A stretch of 63,222 nt of DNA, filler included, from Collodictyon triciliatum (taxonomy: Eukaryota), in NCBI GenBank assembly GCA_043381765.1. It is 10 parts of 10 records of this genome, joined end to end, with 100 filler letters (N's around TTAATTAATTAA, not from the genome) between each part and the next. Parts side by side here need not be neighbours in the genome. Positions count along the whole stretch, not along the records: positions 50,930 to 61,992 come from JBHJMP010004596.1; positions 62,093 to 63,222 come from JBHJMP010004673.1; 8 more parts are not named here. One strand, written 5' to 3'. The notes beneath the pieces are model-generated. The model did no database searches, was not told the DNA's origin, and saw only the letters and a list, made by a program, of their open reading frames with translations. This document shows, piece by piece, positions 51,813 to 63,222 of this stretch; position 1 is the first letter of the stretch, and each line of letters opens with the position of its first letter. A program made the translations under genes and the position numbers.

Positions 51813-54800
51813 ATGTAACTTGAGATGAAGGTGTTTTTTCAGCTCTGTTTCCTTTCAATAAACTGATGTAATGAAGCAAATAAATTATTTAAACCGCCAG
51901 AATATAAAGCGTTGTCCTCGACGGCACACATTTTCACAGCCCACGTTGATAAATAATCAAAGAATTCATATTTAAGTTGGTTAATCGCGCAGATAATTTA
52001 AAAAAAAAAAGAACAGTTTTTAAAATCAAAAAAATTGACAAAAAATGAAAAAGAGCATAATATGCGTTGACTTTTTTATGTTTATATATCTTATTTAACT
52101 CTTTTCATAAAGGACTTGTTGCGGTGCTGTGCTATAACTTTTTATTTTCAATTCTAAATACAACAAATAAGTGTTTTAAATAAGAGATGAAAGAAGCAAC
52201 AAATATGTACCAAGAATTTGTGATGTATAATATAATAATATGCTGTTATTTCCGAAGCAGGAACCCATGACAACCTTCCAGGATAATCTCGTGTTGAACT
52301 GCATTTTGAAACTTGAGGAAGTATTATTTCACGTTTGCTTTCACAAACACCATAATACCATATTAGGCTCGGAATATATGCCTCCAGGCTTCGAATCTTG
52401 TTGGATGTTCCAGTCTGATGACGCCTTCATAAATGTCGTTCTTTTGGAATATGCCGATAAACTCGAAGTCAGCGCATCGAACCAGGAGCCTGTTCTCTTT
52501 ATTTACACACACAAAATCAACAAGCAAGTCTATGGAGTCGCTGATTTTGCCTTTACCTTTCATGGTGCAAATAAACTGAACCTTTTTTTGTCAAGCTTTT
52601 GCGTTATTTGGTTACCAGATTTTGTCACATCCAAACACTCTTGGCTATCAAAAGTAACCGAGAGCGTGTGATTATATTTTTTTCTGAAATCCTTCTACGT
52701 CTGGTTATTGCGAAAAGTTTCAAACATTCAGCACAAAGCTTCGTTTGATGGTCTTTATAGCATGCAAACGAAAATGAGTCTATTATCAGACACAGCAATT
52801 ACTTTCGGTCTGTGTACCAAAAAAAAAAAGGCATTTTATTTGCACATTAATACAGGTACATGTGTAGCTGAGGCTATTGCAAACTGTATGTACACCATCT
52901 CCAGGTCTTCATGTGTGGTATTAGTGTTTTCGTTCTGTGGATGAGCAAATACAATTCATGGACACTAATCTTGAACTTAAGTGTTGAAAAACCATAAAAA
53001 GCTTTAATATTTGCTGCGTTATAAGTAGAAAATGCAGAAATGTGATAAAATTGATGCGGGGTGACCTCTGAGCTTTTTTGATTTATGTGAGACTAGAGAA
53101 TTTTTTCGTAAGCTGTGTGTTATGTTTTGAGGCGAATTCTGTGGCATTCAATTCAAAGACAATGATTCGCTCGTATTTTCTTATTTATTCATTTAAGATA
53201 TATCGCAGCACAATAGAGATAATCTGAAGCGCGGATATTTCAATGATATGTCTTTTTTTTTTTTGGAGCGAAAGATAAATACATATATTTTCCTAAATAA
53301 GTGAATTGATTTCCAGTTTGAAACTATGAATGCTATTTGTCAGACTATTTCATGAGCGTGCATAGAGCTTTATCGGCGATGTAAGTTAAGTGCATGTCAC
53401 AGACTAGCTCGTCTTTTAGCATTTCGAGTGGGTCAAAGGCACAGTGCTTCAAGGATTCCAGATGTTGGATTGTATGATTTAATACTAACCAAAGATATAC
53501 ATATCAAATCATAAAAATATATGACATGCAAATGATAAAATACAATTTTAATGATATTTGTTTATTGAACGTCGGTGACATTTACAAAATAGATTTCTTC
53601 TTTTAGATTTTTAGCCTTTCGTTGAATAATTGTACTTGCCTACCTAAACTTTCTTTGAATATTTGGCTCATTTGTTGTTTATTTGCAGTTTGTGTGGATC
53701 TAAATGTTTGTTATTCATGAAATATTTTTCATATGTAAAAAAAAAAAGTCACGCATAACCTATCTGTAAAAAAATAAATATGATATACATACCTGATTGA
53801 TTTTACCTCAACAAAATTATGCATCCTGCCAACTGGCGTTATGAACAATATAGCTCTTGTATTTTTAAGGCAGATTATTAAATTGGCACAATATAATTGT
53901 TGATTAGATGATTTGCCTATTTTGTGGAGTATACGGTCACTTTCTTCACAATGGGCACTTTTTAGTGCAGGTTCAGGGCAAAATGGTCAAAAAAACAGTC
54001 CAACATGAACCCTCATTTGATTGCGTAGTTTTCTCTTTTTTTTTTCTTTTTTTTTTTTTGGTACAACTCCAAAATCGAGTACCAGGAAAAAAACATATAA
54101 TAAATTTACATATAATAACAACATATAATGATAATCGGTCGATAAAATTATAATTATTATTAATATGATATTCATTAATTGTGCATTAAATATGCATTAA
54201 CTAGCAAAACATAATTTGAATAATCACTTCATTTAAACTTACACAGAAGCACGGTTGTCATCATTTAATTCGGTATGCATTTTGCCATGCCCCGTAAAGA
54301 TATCGCCCTTTCTCAACGCAGACGACACACTTATTTTTTGGCATGATTCTGAATGCTTCTTTCCTTGCATCGGATAACATATGAACCTTTATGTGACATT
54401 ACCATAGTTGTCTTTACCTGATTTTATATCCTGTAAACGCGAATCAATCGCATTATATAAGATACTCACTGCCTTTTTTCATTCATATGAATTAGTTCTG
54501 TACACACTTGTGCATCCAAACGCCACACTTTCATTTGAATTGCTGACGGCTGACATGATACAGCCAAAGCAAAATAGTTTTTTTTAATTGGTGGAACTGC
54601 AAAGCTGTTTTATTGAGTGACACATATGCCACAAACACTTTTGCTGAAGCATGCGTTGATTTCGACCTCTGTCACCTTTTTTTATGCTCTCATTCCATTT
54701 ATTCGAAAGGCTTAGATTTGCACAGATATTTACGAGAAATTACGCCAAGTAAATATAAAAATCCATAGATGCCATCATCCTTGCTGGGGGCTTTTCTCCG

Positions 54801-56739
54801 TACTTTCTTCGTACACAAAAATCTTATCTTGGCCAGTTGGCTTTTATTTTATGTATGGGATATGAGCCTATTAATCAAAACAATGCAAAAAATGTAATAT
54901 CTCATAAATGAATAGTAAGTGATGATAATTTTACCCCTCAGCGATGCGTTCTCACGAGAACATGGCCTTAGCAATCGCGCAGATGCCTTTTCGATATTCA
55001 ACTCTTACTCTGTACTGCTGACCTCGAATGCACGATGCATCATCCAATAAGATTCTAAATCTGCCCTTATATTCACTTTAACACAAAGTAATATAATTTG
55101 CGTTCATTCGCCTTCAGGGGAAACTGACCTTGAGTCGAATCCAGGTAAGGGCTCCTGTTAGTTGCAGCACTTTAGAGTTGTAACTATCCTCGGCCTTCAT
55201 ACATGCACATTGATGAGCCACAAATTGAGTTTCCAATACAGGCCGGTCTGCACCCGAATCCGACACGCGTCACTGCTTTCAACCAAGGCGCATACAGCTA
55301 CGTCGGAATGAAAAAAATACTCAACCCCCTATTTCCCTTGAACTAAATGAAGGGAAAAATAATACAATACAAGCGAATCATTGTGTTTGAATTAAATGCC
55401 ACAGAATTCGCCTCAAAACATAACACACAGCTTACAAAAAATTCTCTAGTCTCACATAAATCAAAAAAAAAAGCACAGAGGTCACTCTACGTCAATATTA
55501 CCACATTTCTGCATTTTCTACGCATAACGCAGCAAATCTTAAAGCTATTTATGGTTTTTCAAGACTTAAGCTCAAGTTTAGTGCCCATGAATCGTATGTG
55601 CTCATCCACAGAACGAAAACAGTAATAGCACAAATGAAGAACAGCAGATGGTGTACATTCAGTTCGCAATAGCCTCAGCTACACATGTACCTGTATTAAT
55701 GTGCAAATAAAATGCCTTTTTATTACACAGACCGAAAGTAATTGCTGTGTCTGATAATAGACCCATTGCGTTTGCATGCTATAAAGACCATCAAACGAAG
55801 CTTTGCGCTGAATGTTTGAAACCTTTCACAATTATCGGACGTAAAAGGATTTCAGAAGAAAAAAATATAACCACACGCTCTCGGTTACTTTTGATAGCCA
55901 AGAGTGTTTGGATGAGACAGACTCTGGTAACTAAATAATGCAAAAGCTTAACAAAAAATGTTCAGTTTATTTGCACCATGAAAGGCAAAGACAAAATCAG
56001 CGGCTCCATAGACTTGTATGTTGATTTTGTGTGTGTCAATAAAGAGAATGGGCTCCTGGTTCGATGCGCTGATTACGAGTTTATCGGCATATTCTAAAAG
56101 TACGACATTTATGAAGGCGTCATCAAACTGGAACATCCAACAAGATTTGAAGCCTGGAGGCATATATTCCGAGCCTCATATGGTATTACGGTGTTTTTGA
56201 AAACAAAAGTGAGATAATACTTCCTTAAGTTTCATAATGCAGTTGAACACAAGATTATCCTGGAAGTTTTTCATGGGTGCCTGCTTCGGAAATAGTGCCA
56301 TATTATTATATTATGCATCACAAATTCTTGGCACATATTTGTTTCTTCTTTCATCTCTTATTTAAAACACTTATTTGTTGTATTTAAAATTGAAAAAATT
56401 GAAAATAAAAATTATAACACAGCTCCGCAACAAGTCCTTTATATAAGAAGTAAAATAAGATTTATAAACATAAAAAAGCCAACGCATAGTGCCTTTCTTT
56501 CATTTTTTTTTTGTCAATTTTGTTGAATTTAAAAACTGTTCTCTTTTTTTTTTTAATTATCTGCGCAATTAACCAACTTAAATATGAATTCTTTGATTAT
56601 TTATCAACGTGAGCTGTGATAATGTGTACCGTTGAGGACAACGCTTTTTATTCTGGCGGTTTAAATGATTTTATTGCTTCATTACATCAGTTTATTGAAA
56701 GGAAACAGAGCTGAAAAATACCCTCCTTTCAAGTTACAT
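51813..56739. repeat. Inverted duplication: arms about 51813-53185 and 55355-56739, spacer about 2.2 kb
   Basis: Arms are colinear reverse complements with scattered mismatches, for example AGCTCTGTTTCCTTTCAATAAACTGATGTAATGAAGC at 51841 versus its reverse complement near 56675-56712. Both arms carry stop-interrupted reading frames. Confidence 0.9.
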
Positions 56740-56968
56740 TCATGCCATATTGAGTGCCCCTAAATAACAAAAATATCATGTCTCACAGTAGCTAAATATA
56801 CTTCTTGGCTGATGATGAAGAATAAAGAAACCCATCACCCACAAAGATTAATATAAAAACAAAGTCAAAAAGAGAGAAAATTGAATCAAAAAAATTAATA
56901 AACCATGCCATACTCCACACAATAAGTGCATATTTTGGTGGCTTTGTGAACAAAGAGAGAAAGGAAAC

Positions 56969-57273
56969 CTCATTCCCTCGAAAAGTGAGTTGCGTAAGAT
57001 TCGTAAGATATTCTATTTCTCCCGGGATTTTAACAAAACAATTATGATCAAATGCCAGCATGTACAAGGACGTCATCCTCGACAACACTCGTGGGAATTC
57101 TCTCAATTGATTGTGCTCTAACCTCAAAGCTCTTAAACTTGCTAGGGCCCGTATTGCGTCCGGTATTCCTGACAATGCGTTGTGACATATACTGAGTTCC
57201 TTTAGATTCACCAGCACTGATGTGTTATTCGGCAACACGGTGAGGCAATTATGGTCCAAGCGGAGGGTATATA
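56969..57273 (-). CDS. Leucine-rich-repeat exon (fragment)
   Basis: LxxLxLxxNxL repeats: LRLDHNCL, LKELSICHNAL, LRALRLEHNQL, LTQLTFRGNE, then a GT donor. The exon is bounded by an N-gap. Confidence 0.8.
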
Positions 57274-57622
57274 NNNNNNNNNNNNNNNNNNNNNNNNNNN
57301 NNNNNNNNNNNNNNNNNNNNNNNNNNNNNNNNNNNNNNNNNNNNNNNNNNNNNNNNNNNNNNNNNNNNNNNNNNNNNNNNNNNNNNNNNNNNNNNNNNNN
57401 NNNNNNNNNNNNNNNNNNNNNNNNNNNNNNNNNNNNNNNNNNNNNNNNNNNNNNNNNNNNNNNNNNNNNNNNNNNNNNNNNNNNNNNNNNNNNNNNNNNN
57501 NNNNNNNNNNNNNNNNNNNNNNNNNNNNNNNNNNNNNNNNNNNNNNNNNNNNNNNNNNNNNNNNNNNNNNNNNNNNNNNNNNNNNNNNNNNNNNNNNNNN
57601 NNNNNNNNNNNNNNNNNNNNNN

Positions 57623-57740
<118 letters not shown>

Positions 57741-60570
57741 GTTTTAATATATCAAGGCCATTTGATAGAATATTCAACTTCATTCTGTTCCATGTAGGCA
57801 TGCGAATGTTACTGGGGTTTCTAATTCACAAGCACCGATAGTATATATGAGCATAAAAAGCATTATTCTTCAAGATGGAATCCAATGGCCTTTAACAATT
57901 GATCTTGCCATATATATTTTAACATTAAATATTGAGTCTTACTAGGGGTGTGGCCTTTGCAATGGAAATGGAATGTCTAGAGATATCAAAAGTATCATTC
58001 GGAATAAATAGTTTCACTTTTTACATGTCTTTTAGTATTTCTGCTTTTTCAATATTTGCCCTCACATGCTATATAACTCATCGAGATTCCGTTGCAATAT
58101 CACAGGCTCCAAAGTGTGTATCTAGGATTTATTTCCTTTATTCGATTCTGAGTAGCGTGAGTATTAAGGATAATAATAACCTTTTTTTATTGTATAGCAT
58201 ACGATGGAAAACCGGAAGGTTCTAAAGCACGCAAAAAACCAACCGAGAAATTTCACAAAATGTTAAGAGTTCATAACCGAATCGAATGATATATAATTAG
58301 TCAAATTACATAATATTTTTTCTCGAATTAATTTATCGGCAAAGAAAACCAACAATTCTTTAGGGAAAATCTAATTTCTTCAGTAATCTTAAATACTGCT
58401 AGTGCATTTTGTCCGATATGCAGATATACTGCATTCATATTAGTATTCATATAATCTAAAAAATGGATTTACTTAAGTAAAAGTAAGCAACTTGCTTGCT
58501 TGCTCCGTTGTGTTTCTGCTCCCCAGTCCCAGAAATTTGGTACTAAACACCTTCACATCAGCAAATCTGGGGGAAAACTCATAATTTTTTATATTCAGGA
58601 CTTTTATGCACCGTCCAATAATACTCGTTTTATATTGCAATTTTGTGCAAGATGGTGGAGTTGTTGGCTTCAATGATACTCGTTATTTCATCCTGGATAG
58701 AATTGAGCAACAGAATCATTCAATACGGCTGTTACAATCTGATTATATTCACCATAATATTTTGTCTTTTTCTTTTTTAATTGTGCAAAATGGTGGAATT
58801 TTGGTCTTGAGTCGCTAGCCTTCATTCAGATGAATGCTACTTGTGGGCCGAATGACAGAAAGTAAAGTCAGTTTTTAGCAACTGCACCCTGTGTGTTGGT
58901 CTGTAACATGGCTCTTGTGCCTCAACGAGATATGTGACACAAGGTATAATCAATTTATCGACCTGTTTGCATATGTCTGTCTTCTCACGGGTTCTGAGTA
59001 ATAAAGAACGTAAAGGTGGTAAAATAATGTAGAGAAACAATTACTGTATGTCATTCGCAGGCATTCTTAAATGATTTACATATAACCATCTGCTGTTTTT
59101 TGATACCAACATAGGTCAAAGATATAAAAACACAGAAGAATCATTACGGAAAATAATATATTCTGGTTTGACAAAGTCATCACGACTATTCTATTTTCTA
59201 CTACCAACTCTGAGCCCCATCCACAAGTCATTTTTTTTATAATTTTTCTACCCCATGAATCACATCTTGTTACATAATACTTCAATGCCTTTCCTTAACA
59301 AATTTTCCACTTTGCGCTTCCTTAATAATGATAATGCAGTGAATATAGACTGCACAAAGAAAAGCTAAAAAATAATACTATTAGAAAGGATTTCGTTTTT
59401 TTTTGTCAAAAGAAATACATCTTATACATACATTTATGTTAATGTAATTATCATATGGTTTTTTTGTAGTAACATTTTATAATCAAGAAAATTAGTGATC
59501 CTTTACATATATGCTGTATGGAATGCTTATACATTACAAATAAATATTCTGTACAAAGCCAATACATGCGCTCTAGATTTATCACGATAAACAAGTTGAC
59601 AAAGCAATATATAACCTTGTGTACCTGTTACTCGTAGCTCCAACTCAAAATATAACAAAGTTTTAAATAAACACTATATAGGCCATAAAAATCAATCTGG
59701 CGTGATACGATGTGACTGTGTTCTTGACCATACACCTTAAACAATAAAAAAAAAATAGGAACTGAGCTACATGCCAATAAAAATATGCGTTAAAAAGCTT
59801 ACATAACATAATGATAATGTAATCCCAATAAAATAGTACAAAAATTTTTTTTCAGAAAAAATGAGAAACATGTAAAAAGCCTTTATCTATAAACATCACG
59901 GAAGACAGTTATCATCCCCTATTTTATTCATCAAAGTTTTATTTTTTTTAAAAACAACCATCAGGTATTTATCACATATAAACGCCTAAGACAATGTTTA
60001 TGCATATATCTAAAAATTGACTTTGTTTAATTGTGAATATAATTTTTTAATATAAGACTAATTAATCGAAAATCATAAATATATAATAGCTTTAATCATT
60101 TTAATAAATCAAGATACATAGTGAGAAACACAAAATTATATCAACTACGATATAACCTTACCTAGCCTAAGTGTATCATAGGTTATGTGTGAGATACATA
60201 ATTATTCTTGCGAATGATATATATTTGTATAATGTTCATAAATTTTTAGTATTTTATTTTTCCAGAATCTGTTTGTTTTAGTCGCATGCATGTTGAACAA
60301 TTACATTTGCATTTGCCGTGTTTTTGCATATGAGTAAGTATGTAATTATATACCTGAAGGTCGAAATTGGATGTAAGGATTCCGACTTCTCGAAGGCAGT
60401 CGCAGTATACCAAATGTATTATATTCGGATTGCTATTCATCTTAATGTTTTTGTTGCTGATTTGTTGATGATTGGTTGCGCTGTTTGAAGACCGCTGCTG
60501 CTATGATGTTTGATATGTATCCAACAAAGACTATTATTTATTGCATTTACAACTCTAGACTCATTATATA

Positions 60571-60891
60571 CCCGTAATCCGTGGTGCATTGTGGTCTACT
60601 TTTCTTCTAGAAGCTTCCAGACCACATGCTAACCACACATAAACTTGAGATGTCAATTATGATTTGCAAGTCCGGTAAGTCAGCGGATTCTGTTTTATAT
60701 TTTTTTTAAATTTTTGGCAACTCCGGTAAGTCAGCGGATTCTGTTTTATATTTTTTTTTAATTTTTGGCAACTCCGGTAAGTCAGCGGATTCTGTTTTAT
60801 ATTTTTTAAATTTTGTATATATATTATATTATATTATATTATATTATATTATATTATATTATATTATATTATATTATATTATATTATATTA

Positions 60892-60960
<69 letters not shown>

Positions 60961-61221
60961 ATATAATAAAAGAGAAACCTGTTGATGCACCAGCCTTGCA
61001 TAAAAAAAATATAAAACAGAACCGCCTGACTTACCGAACTTACCCTGGTATGATACAATGTGGTATAAGAACTTTAAATCTGGGAACACTATAAATCTGG
61101 GAATTCATGAATTTGGGGAATCATTGCGTAACTCCGACTAAATTCACAGATAGTAGACCACACAGTGGTCTAGGAAGCTTCTAGAATAGACCACAGACCA
61201 CAATGCACCACGGATTGCGGC
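60571..61221. mobile_element. MITE-like non-autonomous DNA transposon, TA-flanked
   Basis: The left end is TA|CCCGTAATCCGTGGTGCATTGTGGTCT...TTCTAGAAGCTTCCAGACCAC. The right end, reverse-complemented, is TA|GCCGCAATCCGTGGTGCATTGTGGTCT...TTCTAGAAGCTTCCTAGACCAC. Internally there are three 51-bp repeats and one inverted copy. Confidence 0.75.
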
Positions 61222-62092
61222 TATAAATAAGCGGAGGATTCACGATTGAGAACTGTAACTTTGATTGTGAATTTTTAATAACTGTGTAACATAATCATAA
61301 CAAACAATCATATCGAATCAGCTACCAGTGGATGGGAATGTCGCAAAGCAAGGAATCCAAGGACCAGGAAACCAATACCAATGATGCAATGTTGGGGCTA
61401 TTGGACGGACTTCCAGAAGATTTTTTTGATCCGTTAGTTAGTGTTGACCCAATACAGTGTTGCAACATCATGAAGATAATCATCGCGTTGATCTCAATGA
61501 CCCAAGATATAGAGAATTGCGTAAGTATTTTGATTCGGGACATATGTTAGTCAAATGGCCCAATTCTCCCATATATCAAACAAATTGTGCTTTGTCTTTT
61601 GATTATATGGTATTTAAAGTTGAAACTTACGACTATTTTTCAAGATGGGACCCAAAAAAATATGCTTAGATGTTCGAGATATTACAGCGTGGGCTCATAG
61701 TTATTGGTTTTTTTTAAAATAAATGTATGTGTCACGTTTAGTTATAATATATACAGTGATACAAATACAGCTGCTCAACTATAACAAACTCACATAATTT
61801 ATCACTTAAAAAAAACAAGAAAAATTCATAAAAATTGAAGCTCTCTGATGTATAATATAGCTATAACCATAAAACATCAGTCAAAAAAATCAGCATGAAT
61901 CAAATTATAGTACATACTTTAAGGCTTACAATCTTACCTTTATTTCAAACTGTAGTGCCAAACCCACCCGAGTCATATCCCATTCTAAAAAANNNNNNNN
62001 NNNNNNNNNNNNNNNNNNNNNNNNNNNNNNNNNNNNTTAATTAATTAANNNNNNNNNNNNNNNNNNNNNNNNNNNNNNNNNNNNNNNNNNNN

Positions 62093-62980
62093 TCTAATAA
62101 ATTGACAAACACAAAGATGACGTAATACCAGGTTTGTAGAAGACCACTTGGTTGCTGATAGAGTATCCATTTGCTCCTCCAAAGCTAATCATACCGCCTT
62201 GCATACTTCCGCCGCTATGTTTTGTAATGGATTCGTAGCTGGCAATCACGTCGGACTGAAGAAGTCTCGCTTGCCTCTTGAATCCTGGGAACGTTGATTT
62301 TGAATAACACAGGTGTATACTTACTACGAGTATGCTGTTGAAATGAGACACAGACTGTGCTGACTCATGACAAGTGCACTTCTCTTTGATGCTTGGTCTA
62401 GTCCATGAGCGATGCTGTATCCTCCAAATCCTCCACAGATGTGGTTCGAAAGCAGGACTGGTACAAAGTCAGAAACATATTCCGTCTTGTTCCAAAGGGC
62501 CGATGCTGACAAGAACATATCCATTTAGACATTGAATAAGGAAAAACACGCGACTAATTTTCATACAAAAAAATCGCACAATCATGGATACTGAAAACAG
62601 AGAGGGAAGCATCTTCAAACAACATATCATCACAACCTGTGTCGTACGTCCATGCATCATTCAGTGCATTTCCAGAGAAATCCACTCCTCCATACATAAA
62701 CAATTTTGACTCGTCGATTGCACTAGCGCAATGATACAGCCGTCGGTTCTAATCCCATTATTTTCGTAGAAGTTAAAATATCTTGAAAAGACTCGAATTG
62801 AAAGGCATGTTTTTTCTTTGTGTTTAGATAGTAATTATGTATCCTCCTTACAGGCGTTGCTCCTGCGATGGACATCGACTCCATACTTCGCCTATTCACG
62901 TCCAGCCTCAGGGATGCGGAGTAGAACTCTGTTTTCTTTGTGCCCTGAATAATCTGCTTCATTGAGCAAACAAATGCTTA
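62093..62980 (-). CDS. Kelch-repeat protein, internal exons
   Basis: Spliced GATP|NRRLYHCASAIDESKLFMYGGVDFSGNALNDAWTYDT| and HSGGSMQGGMISFGGANGYSISNQVVFYKP|. One junction near 62320 could not be resolved. Confidence 0.7.
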
Positions 62981-63000
62981 GACAATGGAATATGCCCATC

Positions 63001-63222
63001 AAAACTAAAAAGCAAAAAGCAAAAAGCAAAAAGCAAAAAGCAAAAAGCAAAAAGCAAAAAACTAAAAAGCAAAAAGCAAAAAAGCAAAAAGCAAAAAGCA
63101 AAAAGCCAAAAGCCAAAAGCCAAAAGCCAAAAGCCAAAAGCCAAAAGCCAAAAGCCAAAAGCCAAAAGCCAAAAGCCAAAAGCCAAAAGCAAAAAGCAAA
63201 AAGCAAAAAGCCAAAAGCCAAA
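63001..63222. repeat. (AAAAAGC)/(AAAAGCC)n simple repeat
   Basis: Tandem 7-mers. A similar A-rich array is at about 22480-22600. Confidence 0.9.

Noticed and set aside
52240-56300. In-frame TAA/TAG as evidence of stop-codon reassignment
   Set aside because: RPS7, Myb and myotubularin end at TAA at expected positions. The stops here mostly differ between the two arms and are accompanied by frameshifts.
60671-60815. 51-bp repeats as a CRISPR array
   Set aside because: They are head-to-tail repeats with no unique spacers, there are no cas genes, and the context is eukaryotic.

Overview
This window is not one locus. It is ten unrelated eukaryotic contigs or scaffolds (most about 6.26-6.27 kb) joined by artificial N44-TTAATTAATTAA-N44 linkers. 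The DNA is AT-rich, with short GT-AG introns and the standard genetic code. A RABL2-like gene suggests a flagellated protist. Recognisable genes are eS7/RPS7, an SRF-type MADS factor, a two-repeat Myb, a myotubularin, a TPR-SGNH protein, a DEAH-type protein with degenerate catalytic motifs, a secreted Kelch-CUB-Cys-rich protein, and NHL, LRR and Kelch fragments. The main candidate for a new system is a family of apparently secreted WD40 proteins on three of the ten contigs. Each has a signal peptide split by a phase-1 intron, which the ORF track misses. Each has HET-E-like repeats with conserved scaffolds and hypervariable positions, and N-glycosylation sequons in many blades. Two end in a poly-(Ser-Gln) tract. 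They may be a diversified extracellular recognition repertoire. Also present are a family of very short poly(A) retroposon insertions with target-site duplications, a TA-flanked MITE-like element and a 1.4 kb inverted duplication.
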